In this document: positions 7,062 to 15,122 of the stretch, piece by piece
How the letters are laid out: each line of letters starts with the position of its first letter
Numbering within the stretch: the first letter of the stretch is position 1
NCBI GenBank assembly: GCA_031366795.1
Contig: JANLOX010000078.1
Coordinates: 1-19,788, forward strand
DNA from: Candidatus Eiseniibacteriota bacterium
GTDB taxonomy: Bacteria > Eisenbacteria > RBG-16-71-46
Length of the DNA stretch: 19,788 bases
Reading direction: 5' to 3'
Translations under genes and position numbers: made by a program
The notes under the pieces: generated by a model
Told to the model about the DNA's origin: nothing
Database searches by the model: none
What the model saw: only the letters and a program-made list of their open reading frames with translations

Positions 7062-8975
7062 ATGAGCCAGCCATCCACCGTCGCCGTGAAGCGGGGTACG
7101 TCCAGTCAATCCCGGCCCAGCGAGTTCCCTCGTTGGCCACAACTGATCGCTTACTCCAGCGTCATCGTGATCGCGACGCTCGTGGTGTACGCGCAGGTGC
7201 TCAAGTTCGAGTTCGTGTCGTTCGACGACATCGACTACGTCACGAAGAACGCGATAGTTCGGCACGGGCTGTCGTGGGGCGCGCTCCGGTGGGCGTTTGG
7301 GTTTCACGCCAGCAATTGGCATCCGCTGACCTGGATCTCGCTGATGCTCGATGCGCAGCTGGGCGGGCTCAATCCGGCGGTGTTCCACGCCACGAGCGTC
7401 GTGTGGCACGTCGCGGCGGCGATCGTGTTGTTCTTAGGGCTCACTCGCATGACTCGCTTGGCTGGCCCGTCGTGCCTGGTCGCCCTGCTCTTCGCCGTGC
7501 ACCCGCTGCACGTGGAGTCGGTGGCGTGGGTGGCGGAGCGCAAGGATGTGCTGGGTGGGTTCTTCTGGTTCCTGACGATGCTCGCCTATGCGTCGTACGC
7601 GGAACGGCCCGATCCGCGCCGCTACCTTGCAGTCGTCGTGGCGTTCGGGTTGGGGTTGTGGTCGAAGCCCATGGTGTTGACGTTGCCGCTGGTGCTGTTG
7701 CTGCTCGACGTGTGGCCGCTGCGGCGCCTGCAATTTCCACTGGTGGACCGCGAAGCCTGGGCCGGCGCAGGGCGTCTCGTGGTCGAGAAACTCCCACTAC
7801 TCGCGATGTCGGCGATCTCCGCTGTGCTCACCGTTGTGGCGCAACGCGGTGGCGGCTCGGTCGAGAGCCTCGTGGGGCTATCGTTGGTGCAGCGGATCGA
7901 GAACGCGCTCATCAGCTACGCGGCCTACATCGCGCAGATGCTGTGGCCGGCGCGGTTGTCGTTCTTCTACCCCCACCCGCATGGAACCACCAGCTTCGTC
8001 GTCGTCGCGCTCGCGGCCGTGCTGCTCATTGCCGCCACGATCCTCGCGCTTCGCATGGGGCGAGCGCACGCGTATGTGACGGTGGGTTGGTTCTGGTTCC
8101 TCGGCACGCTCGTGCCAGTGATTGGGCTGCTTCAGGTGGGCCTCCAGGCGCGAGCGGATCGTTACACTTACATTCCTCTCGTGGGCCTGTTCATGGCGGT
8201 GGTTTGGGGCGCACGTGAGGCCGCACTCGCCATGACGCGTCGCGGAAGCGGAAACGCGCTGGCGAGCCCACGCGCACTCATGGTGATCAGCGGCGTTCTG
8301 GTCGCCGCGTTGACCATGACCGCGCGCGTGCAAGCTAGTTACTGGCACGACAGCGCGCGACTCTACTCGCACGCGCTCGAGCTCAAGCCCGACAACGCCG
8401 TCGCGCACAACAACCTCGCGATCGCCCTGATGGACCGCGGCGATGTTCCGGGAGCGTTGCCGCACGCGCGCGAAGCCGCGCGGCTCGCCCCCTGGCACCC
8501 GGAGGTCCCAATCACGCTCGGCAACGCCCTCGCGCGTAGCGGCAAGAGCGATGAAGCCATTGCCGTCTACCGCGAGGCGATCTCGCGCAGGCCGAATGAC
8601 CTGCGCCTCCGCTCGAACCTCGCCGTCACGCTTGGCAACGCGCTCGCGCAGGCAGGCAAACCCGAGCAGGCCATTGCCGTCTACGAGGAAGCGATCGCCA
8701 GGTCGCCTGACGACGCCCTGTTACGCTCAAACCTCGGAGCATTCCTCGGCGAGCAAGGCAGACTGGAGGAGTCGGCCGCGCAATTCCACGAAGCCATCCG
8801 GGTGGCTCCCGACGACCCGAACGCCCACTTGAACATGGGCGTGCTGCTGGCGCGGATGAACAAGCTGGATGACGCGATCGCTGAATTCGCAGCGGCGCAA
8901 AAGCTGGATCCCGCCAACGCCGACATCGCCGCGAACCTGGAGCGCGCCCGAGAACTCCGCAGCCAGACGCACTAG
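7062..8975 (+). CDS. TMTC-like GT-C membrane protein with C-terminal tetratricopeptide repeats (putative protein O-mannosyltransferase family)
   Basis: FVSFDDIDYV (DD motif), SNWHPLTWIS, HPLHVESVAWVAERKDVL, SKPM, EKLP, ARADRYTYIP, YWHDS, then about 5-6 TPRs (AHNNLAIAL..., AHLNMGVLL...). Start uncertain (ATG 7062 vs TTG 7026). Confidence 0.9.
   Translation: MSQPSTVAVKRGTSSQSRPSEFPRWPQLIAYSSVIVIATLVVYAQVLKFEFVSFDDIDYVTKNAIVRHGLSWGALRWAFGFHASNWHPLTWISLMLDAQLGGLNPAVFHATSVVWHVAAAIVLFLGLTRMTRLAGPSCLVALLFAVHPLHVESVAWVAERKDVLGGFFWFLTMLAYASYAERPDPRRYLAVVVAFGLGLWSKPMVLTLPLVLLLLDVWPLRRLQFPLVDREAWAGAGRLVVEKLPLLAMSAISAVLTVVAQRGGGSVESLVGLSLVQRIENALISYAAYIAQMLWPARLSFFYPHPHGTTSFVVVALAAVLLIAATILALRMGRAHAYVTVGWFWFLGTLVPVIGLLQVGLQARADRYTYIPLVGLFMAVVWGAREAALAMTRRGSGNALASPRALMVISGVLVAALTMTARVQASYWHDSARLYSHALELKPDNAVAHNNLAIALMDRGDVPGALPHAREAARLAPWHPEVPITLGNALARSGKSDEAIAVYREAISRRPNDLRLRSNLAVTLGNALAQAGKPEQAIAVYEEAIARSPDDALLRSNLGAFLGEQGRLEESAAQFHEAIRVAPDDPNAHLNMGVLLARMNKLDDAIAEFAAAQKLDPANADIAANLERARELRSQTH
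8514..8741 (+). repeat. Intragenic tandem duplication of a 114-bp (38-aa) TPR unit
   Basis: TLGNALARSGKSDEAIAVYREAISRRPNDLRLRSNLAV vs TLGNALAQAGKPEQAIAVYEEAIARSPDDALLRSNLGA: 25/38 identical by manual count; both share the 15-mer GCCATTGCCGTCTAC. Confidence 0.85.
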
Positions 8976-9013
8976 TCCTCGTTGGCGCCGCGGCGCCGCG
9001 AAGCGATCATCGC

Positions 9014-10249
9014 TCAGTTCGACGAGGCGGCTCCCGGAACAACCCGCGGCGCTACGAGCGTCACCAGTTCCTCGCCATCGAGCGCCTCCGGGTACTCCGC
9101 CGGCAACTCCCGCATGTTCTCGACGAACAACGGCACGTCGGCGCCCAGATGCTCGAGTGCTTCCGGCCCTTCGCCCATCTTGAGGATCTCGTATTCTGTC
9201 GAACGCTGCGCCGGCGTGAAGCCCGCCTCGCGAATCAGCGTCTCGATCTCGGCGATCGTCGTCTTGTTCAGATGCCCCGTCGCCAGGTGCACGTTCTCCT
9301 CGAACAGCGTGCCGCCGAAATCATCCGCGCCGAAGTGCAGCGAGATCTGGCCGGTCTTCTTGCCTTCGCTGAACCAGGTGGCCTGAATATGATCGAAGTT
9401 GTCGAGGTAGAGGCGCGACGCCGCGAGCACGCGGCAGTAACGCGACGAGCCCGCCACATGCTTCACCTTCGACTCCATCGGCGTGTTGCCACGCTTATAG
9501 GACCACGGCACGAACGCGGTGAAGCCGTGCGTTTCATCCTGCAGTACCCGCACGTAGTCGAGATGCTCGATGATTTCGGCGTCGGTCTCGACGTGGCCGT
9601 ACATCATCGTGGCGGTCGAGCGCATGCCGGCCCGGTGCGCCTCGCGGTGCACGTCAAGCCACGCGTCAGGGCCGCCCTTCTTGACTGAAATGCGCTTGCG
9701 CACGCGCGTCGCCAGAATCTCAGCGCCACCGCCGGGCAGCGTGCGCTGGCCGGCCGCGTACAACGCGTCGAGCACGCCGCGAATCGACAGCCCGCTGACT
9801 TCGACCATCTGGTGAATCTCGGGCGCCGAAAAGAAGTGCGGCGTGATGTGCGGGTAACGCGTGCGCGCCTCACTCACGATCGTGGGATAGAACTCCCACG
9901 GAATCTCAGGATTGAGCCCGCCCTGCAATAGCACCGTCGTGGCACCCAACTGGTCCGCGGCTTCCATCATGCGCATCACGCTCTCGACATCGTGCGTGTA
10001 GGCGTCCGCAGCCTGTTGCCCGGGCTTGCGGTAGAACGCGCAGAAGTGGCAATCGACCGTGCAGATATTCGTGTAGTTGGGATTCGTGTCGATGACGTAG
10101 GTGACGACCCGCGGGTCGGCCTTGCGATCGCGGACGGTCTGCGCCAGCGCGCCCAACTCGAGCAACGGCGCCGTGGTCAGCAGGTAAACACCTTCATCGG
10201 GCGTCAGGCGTTCTCCGGCCAGCACCTTGCGTTCAATGTTCTCCCACAC
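9014..10249 (-). CDS. mqnC: Cyclic dehypoxanthinyl futalosine synthase (radical SAM, CofH/MqnC family), 411 aa
   Basis: YVIDTNPNYTNICTVDCHFCAFYR (CxxxCxxC), LLQGGLNP, LPGGGAEIL, STATMMYGHVET, HIQATW, GADDFGGTLFEENV. AAGGAG 8 nt upstream of GTG 10249 favours that start over ATG 10279. Confidence 0.93.
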   Translation of the reverse strand: MWENIERKVLAGERLTPDEGVYLLTTAPLLELGALAQTVRDRKADPRVVTYVIDTNPNYTNICTVDCHFCAFYRKPGQQAADAYTHDVESVMRMMEAADQLGATTVLLQGGLNPEIPWEFYPTIVSEARTRYPHITPHFFSAPEIHQMVEVSGLSIRGVLDALYAAGQRTLPGGGAEILATRVRKRISVKKGGPDAWLDVHREAHRAGMRSTATMMYGHVETDAEIIEHLDYVRVLQDETHGFTAFVPWSYKRGNTPMESKVKHVAGSSRYCRVLAASRLYLDNFDHIQATWFSEGKKTGQISLHFGADDFGGTLFEENVHLATGHLNKTTIAEIETLIREAGFTPAQRSTEYEILKMGEGPEALEHLGADVPLFVENMRELPAEYPEALDGEELVTLVAPRVVPGAASSN

Positions 10250-10262
10250 TGTCGTTGCTCCT

Positions 10263-11063
10263 TTATCGTCCGTCACCATCGAGCAGATTGCCGAGCCCGC
10301 CCAGCAGCGATCCTTCGTCGACGCGGCGACCGCCCGTCTGCGGTGCGGCGGCGTAGATGCGGCTGGCGAGACGCGAGAACGGCAGCGACTGCAGCCACAC
10401 GCGACCGGGCCCGCGCACCGTGGCGAAGAACAGCCCTTCGCCGCCGAACAGCGCGGACTTGAGTCCGCCGACCATTTCGATGTCGAATGTCACGCTCGGT
10501 TGCAGCGCCACGAGGCAGCCGGTGTCAACGCGCAGGATTTCGCCCGCGGCCAGCGTGCGCTCTTCCAACGTGCCGCCGGCGTGCATGAACGCCCAGCCAT
10601 CGCCCTGCAGGCGCTCCATGATGAAGCCTTCGCCACCGAACAACCCGGCGCCGAAACGCTTGTTGAACGCGATTCCCAGCGACACCCCCTTGGCGGCGCA
10701 CAGGAACGAATCCTTCTGGCACCAAAGTTCGCCGCCGACGTCCGACAGCCGAACGGGCTGGATCTTGCCGGGGTAGGGTGCTGCGAAGGCGGCGATGCGT
10801 TTCTGCGCGCTCTGGTTCATGAATACCGTCATGAACAGCGACTCGCCCGTGATCAACCGCTTGCCCGCGCTCATCAGCGCGCCCATGAATCCCTGCTGTT
10901 GCTGCGAGCCGTCGCCGAAGATCGTGCTCATCTGGATGCCGTCCTCGATGTACATCATGCTGCCGGCCTCGGCGACCACGGCCTCGTTCGGGTCGAGTTC
11001 GACCTTCACGAACTGCAGGTCGTCGCCGACAATCTGGTATTCGATTTCGTGCATCGCAGGCAT
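10263..11063 (-). CDS. TIGR00266 / AIM24 family protein, 266 aa
   Basis: [89 protein letters not shown] upstream. Confidence 0.95.
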   Translation of the reverse strand: MPAMHEIEYQIVGDDLQFVKVELDPNEAVVAEAGSMMYIEDGIQMSTIFGDGSQQQQGFMGALMSAGKRLITGESLFMTVFMNQSAQKRIAAFAAPYPGKIQPVRLSDVGGELWCQKDSFLCAAKGVSLGIAFNKRFGAGLFGGEGFIMERLQGDGWAFMHAGGTLEERTLAAGEILRVDTGCLVALQPSVTFDIEMVGGLKSALFGGEGLFFATVRGPGRVWLQSLPFSRLASRIYAAAPQTGGRRVDEGSLLGGLGNLLDGDGR

Positions 11064-11100
11064 GGGGAATCTCCTCGTTGAGGACGCGAGCGAAGGGTGG

Positions 11101-11892
11101 CTAGTCGATTTGCATCAGGCGATTCAGGTGGACGAGCTTCTCGAAGCGGTCGAGTCCTTCCAGGTCTTCCGGTCCCAGCCGGTAGTGGAAGCGCCGCAGG
11201 TAGGCTTCGATCTCGTCGGGACGCCAGCCGAGTCCGGTGATACCGCGCGAGATTTCGGGCAGCGAGGCGAGGCCGGCCGCGAGTGAGGCGTCGAGAAAAT
11301 CGCGCAGCTCCAGCTTGGTCTCGGGCGGAAGTTCGCGGCGCACTGCCCATACCGCGTAGACGAACGCCAGGCCCGTCCACTCGAGCCAATCCGCGCCAAG
11401 GTCGAGCACGTGCGTGAAGCCTTCGGGCAACTGGTTGCGCATGCGCATGGCGCCATCGCCGATCACCAGCAGGCCATCGGCCTGCGCGGGTTCGAGGCCG
11501 CGCACATAGCGAATGTCGTTGAGCCCGCGACGCGCGCCGAGCAACAGGTGCAGCAGGCGGATCGAGGTCGAGGTCTCAGGCGTCACCGAGATCACGGCGC
11601 CGTTGAGCGCCGCGGCGGGCCGCTTCGAGTAGAGCATCACGGACTGCACGGCCCCACGGGAAGCCACGCCGAACGGGCCCACCATGACGAAGCGGTCCTT
11701 CATGCGCAGGTAGTCGCCCGCGGCCATAAGCCCAAGATCGACGGTGCCGGCTTCCGCCTCGCGGCCGAGTTCACGCGGGACCAAATTGCGCACCGCGAAC
11801 GGCGCGTCAGCCCACAGCGTGTAGAACGGGGCGGCGTTGGCGTAGGGAATGCGAGCGGCGACGGTGGTTGCGAGGCGGGAGGGCGTGACCAT
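11101..11892 (-). CDS. mqnA: Chorismate dehydratase (menaquinone futalosine pathway), 263 aa
   Basis: [56 protein letters not shown] match MqnA; sits in mqnE/mqnC context. Start ATG 11892. Confidence 0.92.
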   Translation of the reverse strand: MVTPSRLATTVAARIPYANAAPFYTLWADAPFAVRNLVPRELGREAEAGTVDLGLMAAGDYLRMKDRFVMVGPFGVASRGAVQSVMLYSKRPAAALNGAVISVTPETSTSIRLLHLLLGARRGLNDIRYVRGLEPAQADGLLVIGDGAMRMRNQLPEGFTHVLDLGADWLEWTGLAFVYAVWAVRRELPPETKLELRDFLDASLAAGLASLPEISRGITGLGWRPDEIEAYLRRFHYRLGPEDLEGLDRFEKLVHLNRLMQID

Positions 11893-11899
11893 GGGGCTC

Positions 11900-11908
11900 A
11901 AGTTATCA
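11900..11908 (-). promoter_or_regulatory. Putative extended -10 element for a leaderless mqnA transcript
   Basis: Minus strand reads TG-A-TAACTT (TGnTAnnnT), 7 nt, then ATG 11892; no SD seen. Confidence 0.4.
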
Positions 11909-11926
11909 CCCGCGAGCGTGCGAATG

Positions 11927-12745
11927 CTACCGGCGGCGGCGCCTGTGGACCACCCGGGCGAGCGGTTTTGGGCCCAGTTCCGCGCCTCCGAGCGTCGTGG
12001 CCGACCAATCGGCGACTTTGGCAAGAACAGGACGAACCCACGATTCCGCCCCTGCGGGTGAGACCACGGCATGAGAATCGCCCGGCAGCGCCAGCACGCT
12101 TGGGGAATTCGGCTTCGCGAGGCTCGTGGGAGCGGCCAACAGGAGTACAGCGCGCAGGTCCGCATCGGCGCCCGCGATCAACGCCGCGATGGAGGCGCCC
12201 TCACCCATCCCAAGGATGGCGATGCGATGCGGATCGATGTCGGCGCGGCGGCGCAGGTACTCCAACTCCGCGCGCACATCCTCGAGGCCACCCGACAGCG
12301 AGGTCGAATCGTTGGCCCCCGTGGACGCGCCGACGCCGCGGGCATCAAGACGCAACACCGCGACATCGCGGCGCGCGAGCGCGTCGGCCAGCTCGAACAT
12401 CGGACGATGGAGCACCGGAGAGCCCGCCGCATCCTCGATGGTGCTGCCGTCGCGCGTGAGTCCAGTGGCGGCGTTTACGAGCAGGATCGCCGGGTAGCGC
12501 AACGGGCGCCCCTCGCGCAGAACGCCACGCGTCGGCAACGACAGGGTGCCGGCAAGCGAGAGCCCCGCGGGGACGCGCAGGCGAACTTCCTCGGTGACAT
12601 ACGTGGCGCCCACGGGCGGCAGGTAGGCGGCGAGGTCGGTGGCACGCGCAGGATTGGGCGCCGACGCAGCAAACAGGGCGCACGTCATGAATGCCATCAG
12701 CGCAGCGGGCGAGGGGGTCAATCGAAACAGCGAGCGGGAGCTCAT
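11927..12745 (-). CDS. Exported alpha/beta-hydrolase-fold protein (S9/S15-like) lacking the catalytic serine, about 272 aa
   Basis: Signal-like N-terminus (...ALFAASAPNPARA|TD), LAGTLSLP, YPAILLV, LADALARRDVAVLRLDARGVGAS, DIDPHRIAILGMGEGASIAA (GxGxG, not GxSxG). Alternative start ATG 12811. Confidence 0.8.
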   Translation of the reverse strand: MSSRSLFRLTPSPAALMAFMTCALFAASAPNPARATDLAAYLPPVGATYVTEEVRLRVPAGLSLAGTLSLPTRGVLREGRPLRYPAILLVNAATGLTRDGSTIEDAAGSPVLHRPMFELADALARRDVAVLRLDARGVGASTGANDSTSLSGGLEDVRAELEYLRRRADIDPHRIAILGMGEGASIAALIAGADADLRAVLLLAAPTSLAKPNSPSVLALPGDSHAVVSPAGAESWVRPVLAKVADWSATTLGGAELGPKPLARVVHRRRRR

Positions 12746-12811
12746 TTCATTGTTATCGGCCGCTTGGTGAGGCGGCTCGCGCTGCTTGAACACAGGCCGC
12801 GCACGGGCCAT

Positions 12812-13189
12812 TCAAGGCTTCTCGAGCGGCAACCCCTTCGCAACCCAACCCTTGAAGCCGCCATCGAGCGACAGCGTGTTGGTGTAGCCCATGCGCTGGA
12901 GGTTCTCGCACACCAGTGCACTGCGAAACCCGCCGCCGCACTGGCAGACGATCGGCGCGCTGCGGTCGGGGATGGTGCGTTCGATGTCGCGCTCGATGAT
13001 GCCCTTGCTGAGATGGATGGCTCCGGGCAGGTGGCCGGCGGCCCACTCATTGTCCTCTCGCACATCCACGAGAATGAGCGTCTCCCCCGCGGCGAGCCGG
13101 CGGTTGTACTCGTCGATCGTGATTTCATGGATCGCGCGCTTTGCTTCGTTCACGATCGCGAGGAATCCTGGCGCGTGATGGTCCGCCAT
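12812..13189 (-). CDS. Single-domain rhodanese-like sulfurtransferase, 125 aa
   Basis: LVDVREDNEW, GHLPGAIHL, active-site loop CGGGFRS, LDGGFKGW; AAAGGA SD upstream. Confidence 0.95.
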   Translation of the reverse strand: MADHHAPGFLAIVNEAKRAIHEITIDEYNRRLAAGETLILVDVREDNEWAAGHLPGAIHLSKGIIERDIERTIPDRSAPIVCQCGGGFRSALVCENLQRMGYTNTLSLDGGFKGWVAKGLPLEKP

Positions 13190-13210
13190 CGAGTCGTCCT
13201 TTGAGTGAGG

Positions 13211-13690
13211 TCAGCCGACGAGCCGGCTCAACCCCGCGTTTGCGCGGAGCATGCCAAGCTGGCCAACGTGATAGGCATCATGGAACGCGAGCAGCGCGAC
13301 CGCACCCAACAACGTGCCATCGAGGCTTGGCGCCTCGGTCGGCCTAAGCAGGTCGTCCTCGGACAACGCGTCGAGCCGCGTCTGTAGTTCGGCGGCGAGC
13401 GACGTCCACGCTTCGATGATCACGCCGACCTCGGGCCATTGCGAGTCGTCGGCACTCGAGCCACCGCGATTAAACAGGTCGGCCCAGGGCAACGCGTGTT
13501 CGTGGCCAAGGTTGCGCGCGACCTGCGAGCGCACGCGCGTGGCATGCCCCGCGATCCACAGCATCGGGTTGCCGGCACCTCCCGGGGGGCGACGCAGCAA
13601 CACTTCGCGATCGGCGCCTTCAAGCGCGCGAATGAACAAGCGATCTGAAGCGGCGAAGATGCGGGCGAGTCCTTCGAGGTGGGGATTCAT
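13211..13690 (-). CDS. DinB/YfiT-like four-helix-bundle protein, 159 aa
   Basis: GNPMLWIAGH and FHDAYHVGQL provide the three-His metal site of the DinB superfamily; starts 4 nt after the mqnE stop. Confidence 0.9.
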   Translation of the reverse strand: MNPHLEGLARIFAASDRLFIRALEGADREVLLRRPPGGAGNPMLWIAGHATRVRSQVARNLGHEHALPWADLFNRGGSSADDSQWPEVGVIIEAWTSLAAELQTRLDALSEDDLLRPTEAPSLDGTLLGAVALLAFHDAYHVGQLGMLRANAGLSRLVG

Positions 13691-13694
13691 GCGA

Positions 13695-14837
13695 TCAACG
13701 CGCGGCCGCCACGGCCGCCACGGGCACCTGCGCACCGGCCGTCTCGAGCGGGTATTCACGCACGGTGTTGTAGAGCGCGTCGCGCTGCACCGGGAGCTTG
13801 CCGGCCTCACGAATCACCTGCACCATCGATTCCTCCGCCATTCCAACAGGACTGCGAGCGAGTGCCGCGTGCGCGATCTTTTCGACGCCGATCGTGCCGT
13901 CGAGGTCGCTGGCGCCGAAGTTGAGACCCAAGCTCGCCGTGTCCTGGCCGAGCATCACCCAGTAACTCTTCACGTGCGGCACGTTGTCGAACACCATGCG
14001 CGATACGGCAATGGTCTTGAGATCCTCGATCGCCGACGCCTGCCGCCGCACCAACCCCGTGACACCGGGCTGGAACGCCAGCGGGATGAAGGCGAAAAAG
14101 CCGGGCGCGCGATCTTCGAGTTCGCGTAGCAGGATCAGGTGCTGCACGCGCTCGGCGCGCGTCTCGATGTGGCCATAGAGCAATGTTGCATTCGAGGGAA
14201 TGCCCATGCGGTGCGCGACTTCATGGATCTCGAGCCAGCGCTGGCTGCCGATCTTCTGGTGGTAGAGCTCACGGCGCACGCGTTCGCTGAAGACTTCGGC
14301 GCCGCCTCCCGGCAGGGCATCGAGCCCGGCCTCGCGCAGCTGGCCGAGCACCCATTCAATAGGCTGCTTGGTGAGCCGGCAGAAAAAATCGATCTCGACC
14401 GCGGTGTATGCCTTCACCTTGAGATCCGGCTTCACTTCCTTCACCCAGCGGATCACATTCAGGTAGTCGTCGAACCGCCACTTGTTGTGCAGGCCGCCGA
14501 CGATGTGGATCTCACTGATCTCCGGATTGACGTGCGCCTTGATGTCGGCCTCCGACATCGTATACGCGCCCTCGGCACCCGGCTTCTTGGCGTAGTCGCA
14601 GAATTTGCAGGCCAGCACGCACACGTTGGTCGGGTTGAGCTGGCGGTTGACGGTGAAGTAGACGCGGTCCCCATGACGGTCGCGGGCCATGGCGTTGGCC
14701 AGGCGCCCCAAGTCGAGAACTGGGGCGTCAAACAGCCGGATGCCGTCTTCCTGGCTCAGCCGCTCGCCGGCGAGCAGCTTGCGCTGGGCGGCGTTGGCGG
14801 CGGGGTGGGCGACGCGGATGTGTTCGAGATGCCTCAA
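13695..14837 (-). CDS. mqnE: Aminofutalosine synthase (radical SAM), 380 aa
   Basis: VYFTVNRQLNPTNVCVLACKFC, EIHIVGG, VKAYTAVEI, PGGGAEVF, SNATLLYGHIET, FIPLAFQP, HVKSYWVM, GASDLDGTI; TTG start with AAGGA SD. Confidence 0.94.
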   Translation of the reverse strand: MRHLEHIRVAHPAANAAQRKLLAGERLSQEDGIRLFDAPVLDLGRLANAMARDRHGDRVYFTVNRQLNPTNVCVLACKFCDYAKKPGAEGAYTMSEADIKAHVNPEISEIHIVGGLHNKWRFDDYLNVIRWVKEVKPDLKVKAYTAVEIDFFCRLTKQPIEWVLGQLREAGLDALPGGGAEVFSERVRRELYHQKIGSQRWLEIHEVAHRMGIPSNATLLYGHIETRAERVQHLILLRELEDRAPGFFAFIPLAFQPGVTGLVRRQASAIEDLKTIAVSRMVFDNVPHVKSYWVMLGQDTASLGLNFGASDLDGTIGVEKIAHAALARSPVGMAEESMVQVIREAGKLPVQRDALYNTVREYPLETAGAQVPVAAVAAAR

Positions 14838-14886
14838 AGGGTCGATTCCTTAAACACGGGCCTGGGGAGGGTAGCCGGGGCCACGG

Positions 14887-14892
14887 AGTATA
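14887..14892 (-). promoter_or_regulatory. Putative -10 element (TATACT) for the mqnE operon
   Basis: Near-consensus -10 in an AT-richer divergent intergenic region about 50 nt upstream of mqnE; no convincing -35 at 17 nt. Confidence 0.4.
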
Positions 14893-15122
14893 TAGCTGTG
14901 GAGCGGTTTTGGACCAATTCCGGTGCAGCCTGCCCGCAGGGGTCCCCGAAAAGTGCAACTCGAGATGGACGCGGAGCCACCCCGTTGCGTTACAATCATT
15001 GTGCCCCTGTTCGCGGACCAGCACCGTCAGGACGGCATTGAGCCTGGTTGCCCGTTACCACGGTGACTTCCGATGACACGTTGTTCGAGCCGATCACTCT
15101 CCCACAACAGGAATTCTCGCTG

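Noticed and set aside
5303..8218. Alternative-frame ORFs 5303..6319 and 6995..8218
   Set aside because: Arg/Gly/Ala-rich frame shadows of the two glycosyltransferase genes.
8984..8997. Perfect palindrome GGCGCCGCGGCGCC between the convergent TPR gene and mqnC
   Set aside because: All-GC, no U-tract; plausible by chance at this GC content, so not called a terminator.
9014..14837. Reading the two radical SAM genes as cofH/cofG (F420 synthesis)
   Set aside because: Motifs and the presence of mqnA fit MqnC and MqnE; no cof genes are present.
10227..15041. Long plus-strand ORFs (10227..11081, 11410..12459, 12071..13204, 13314..14129, 14139..15041)
   Set aside because: Antisense shadows of well-supported minus-strand genes; expected in GC-rich DNA, no motifs.
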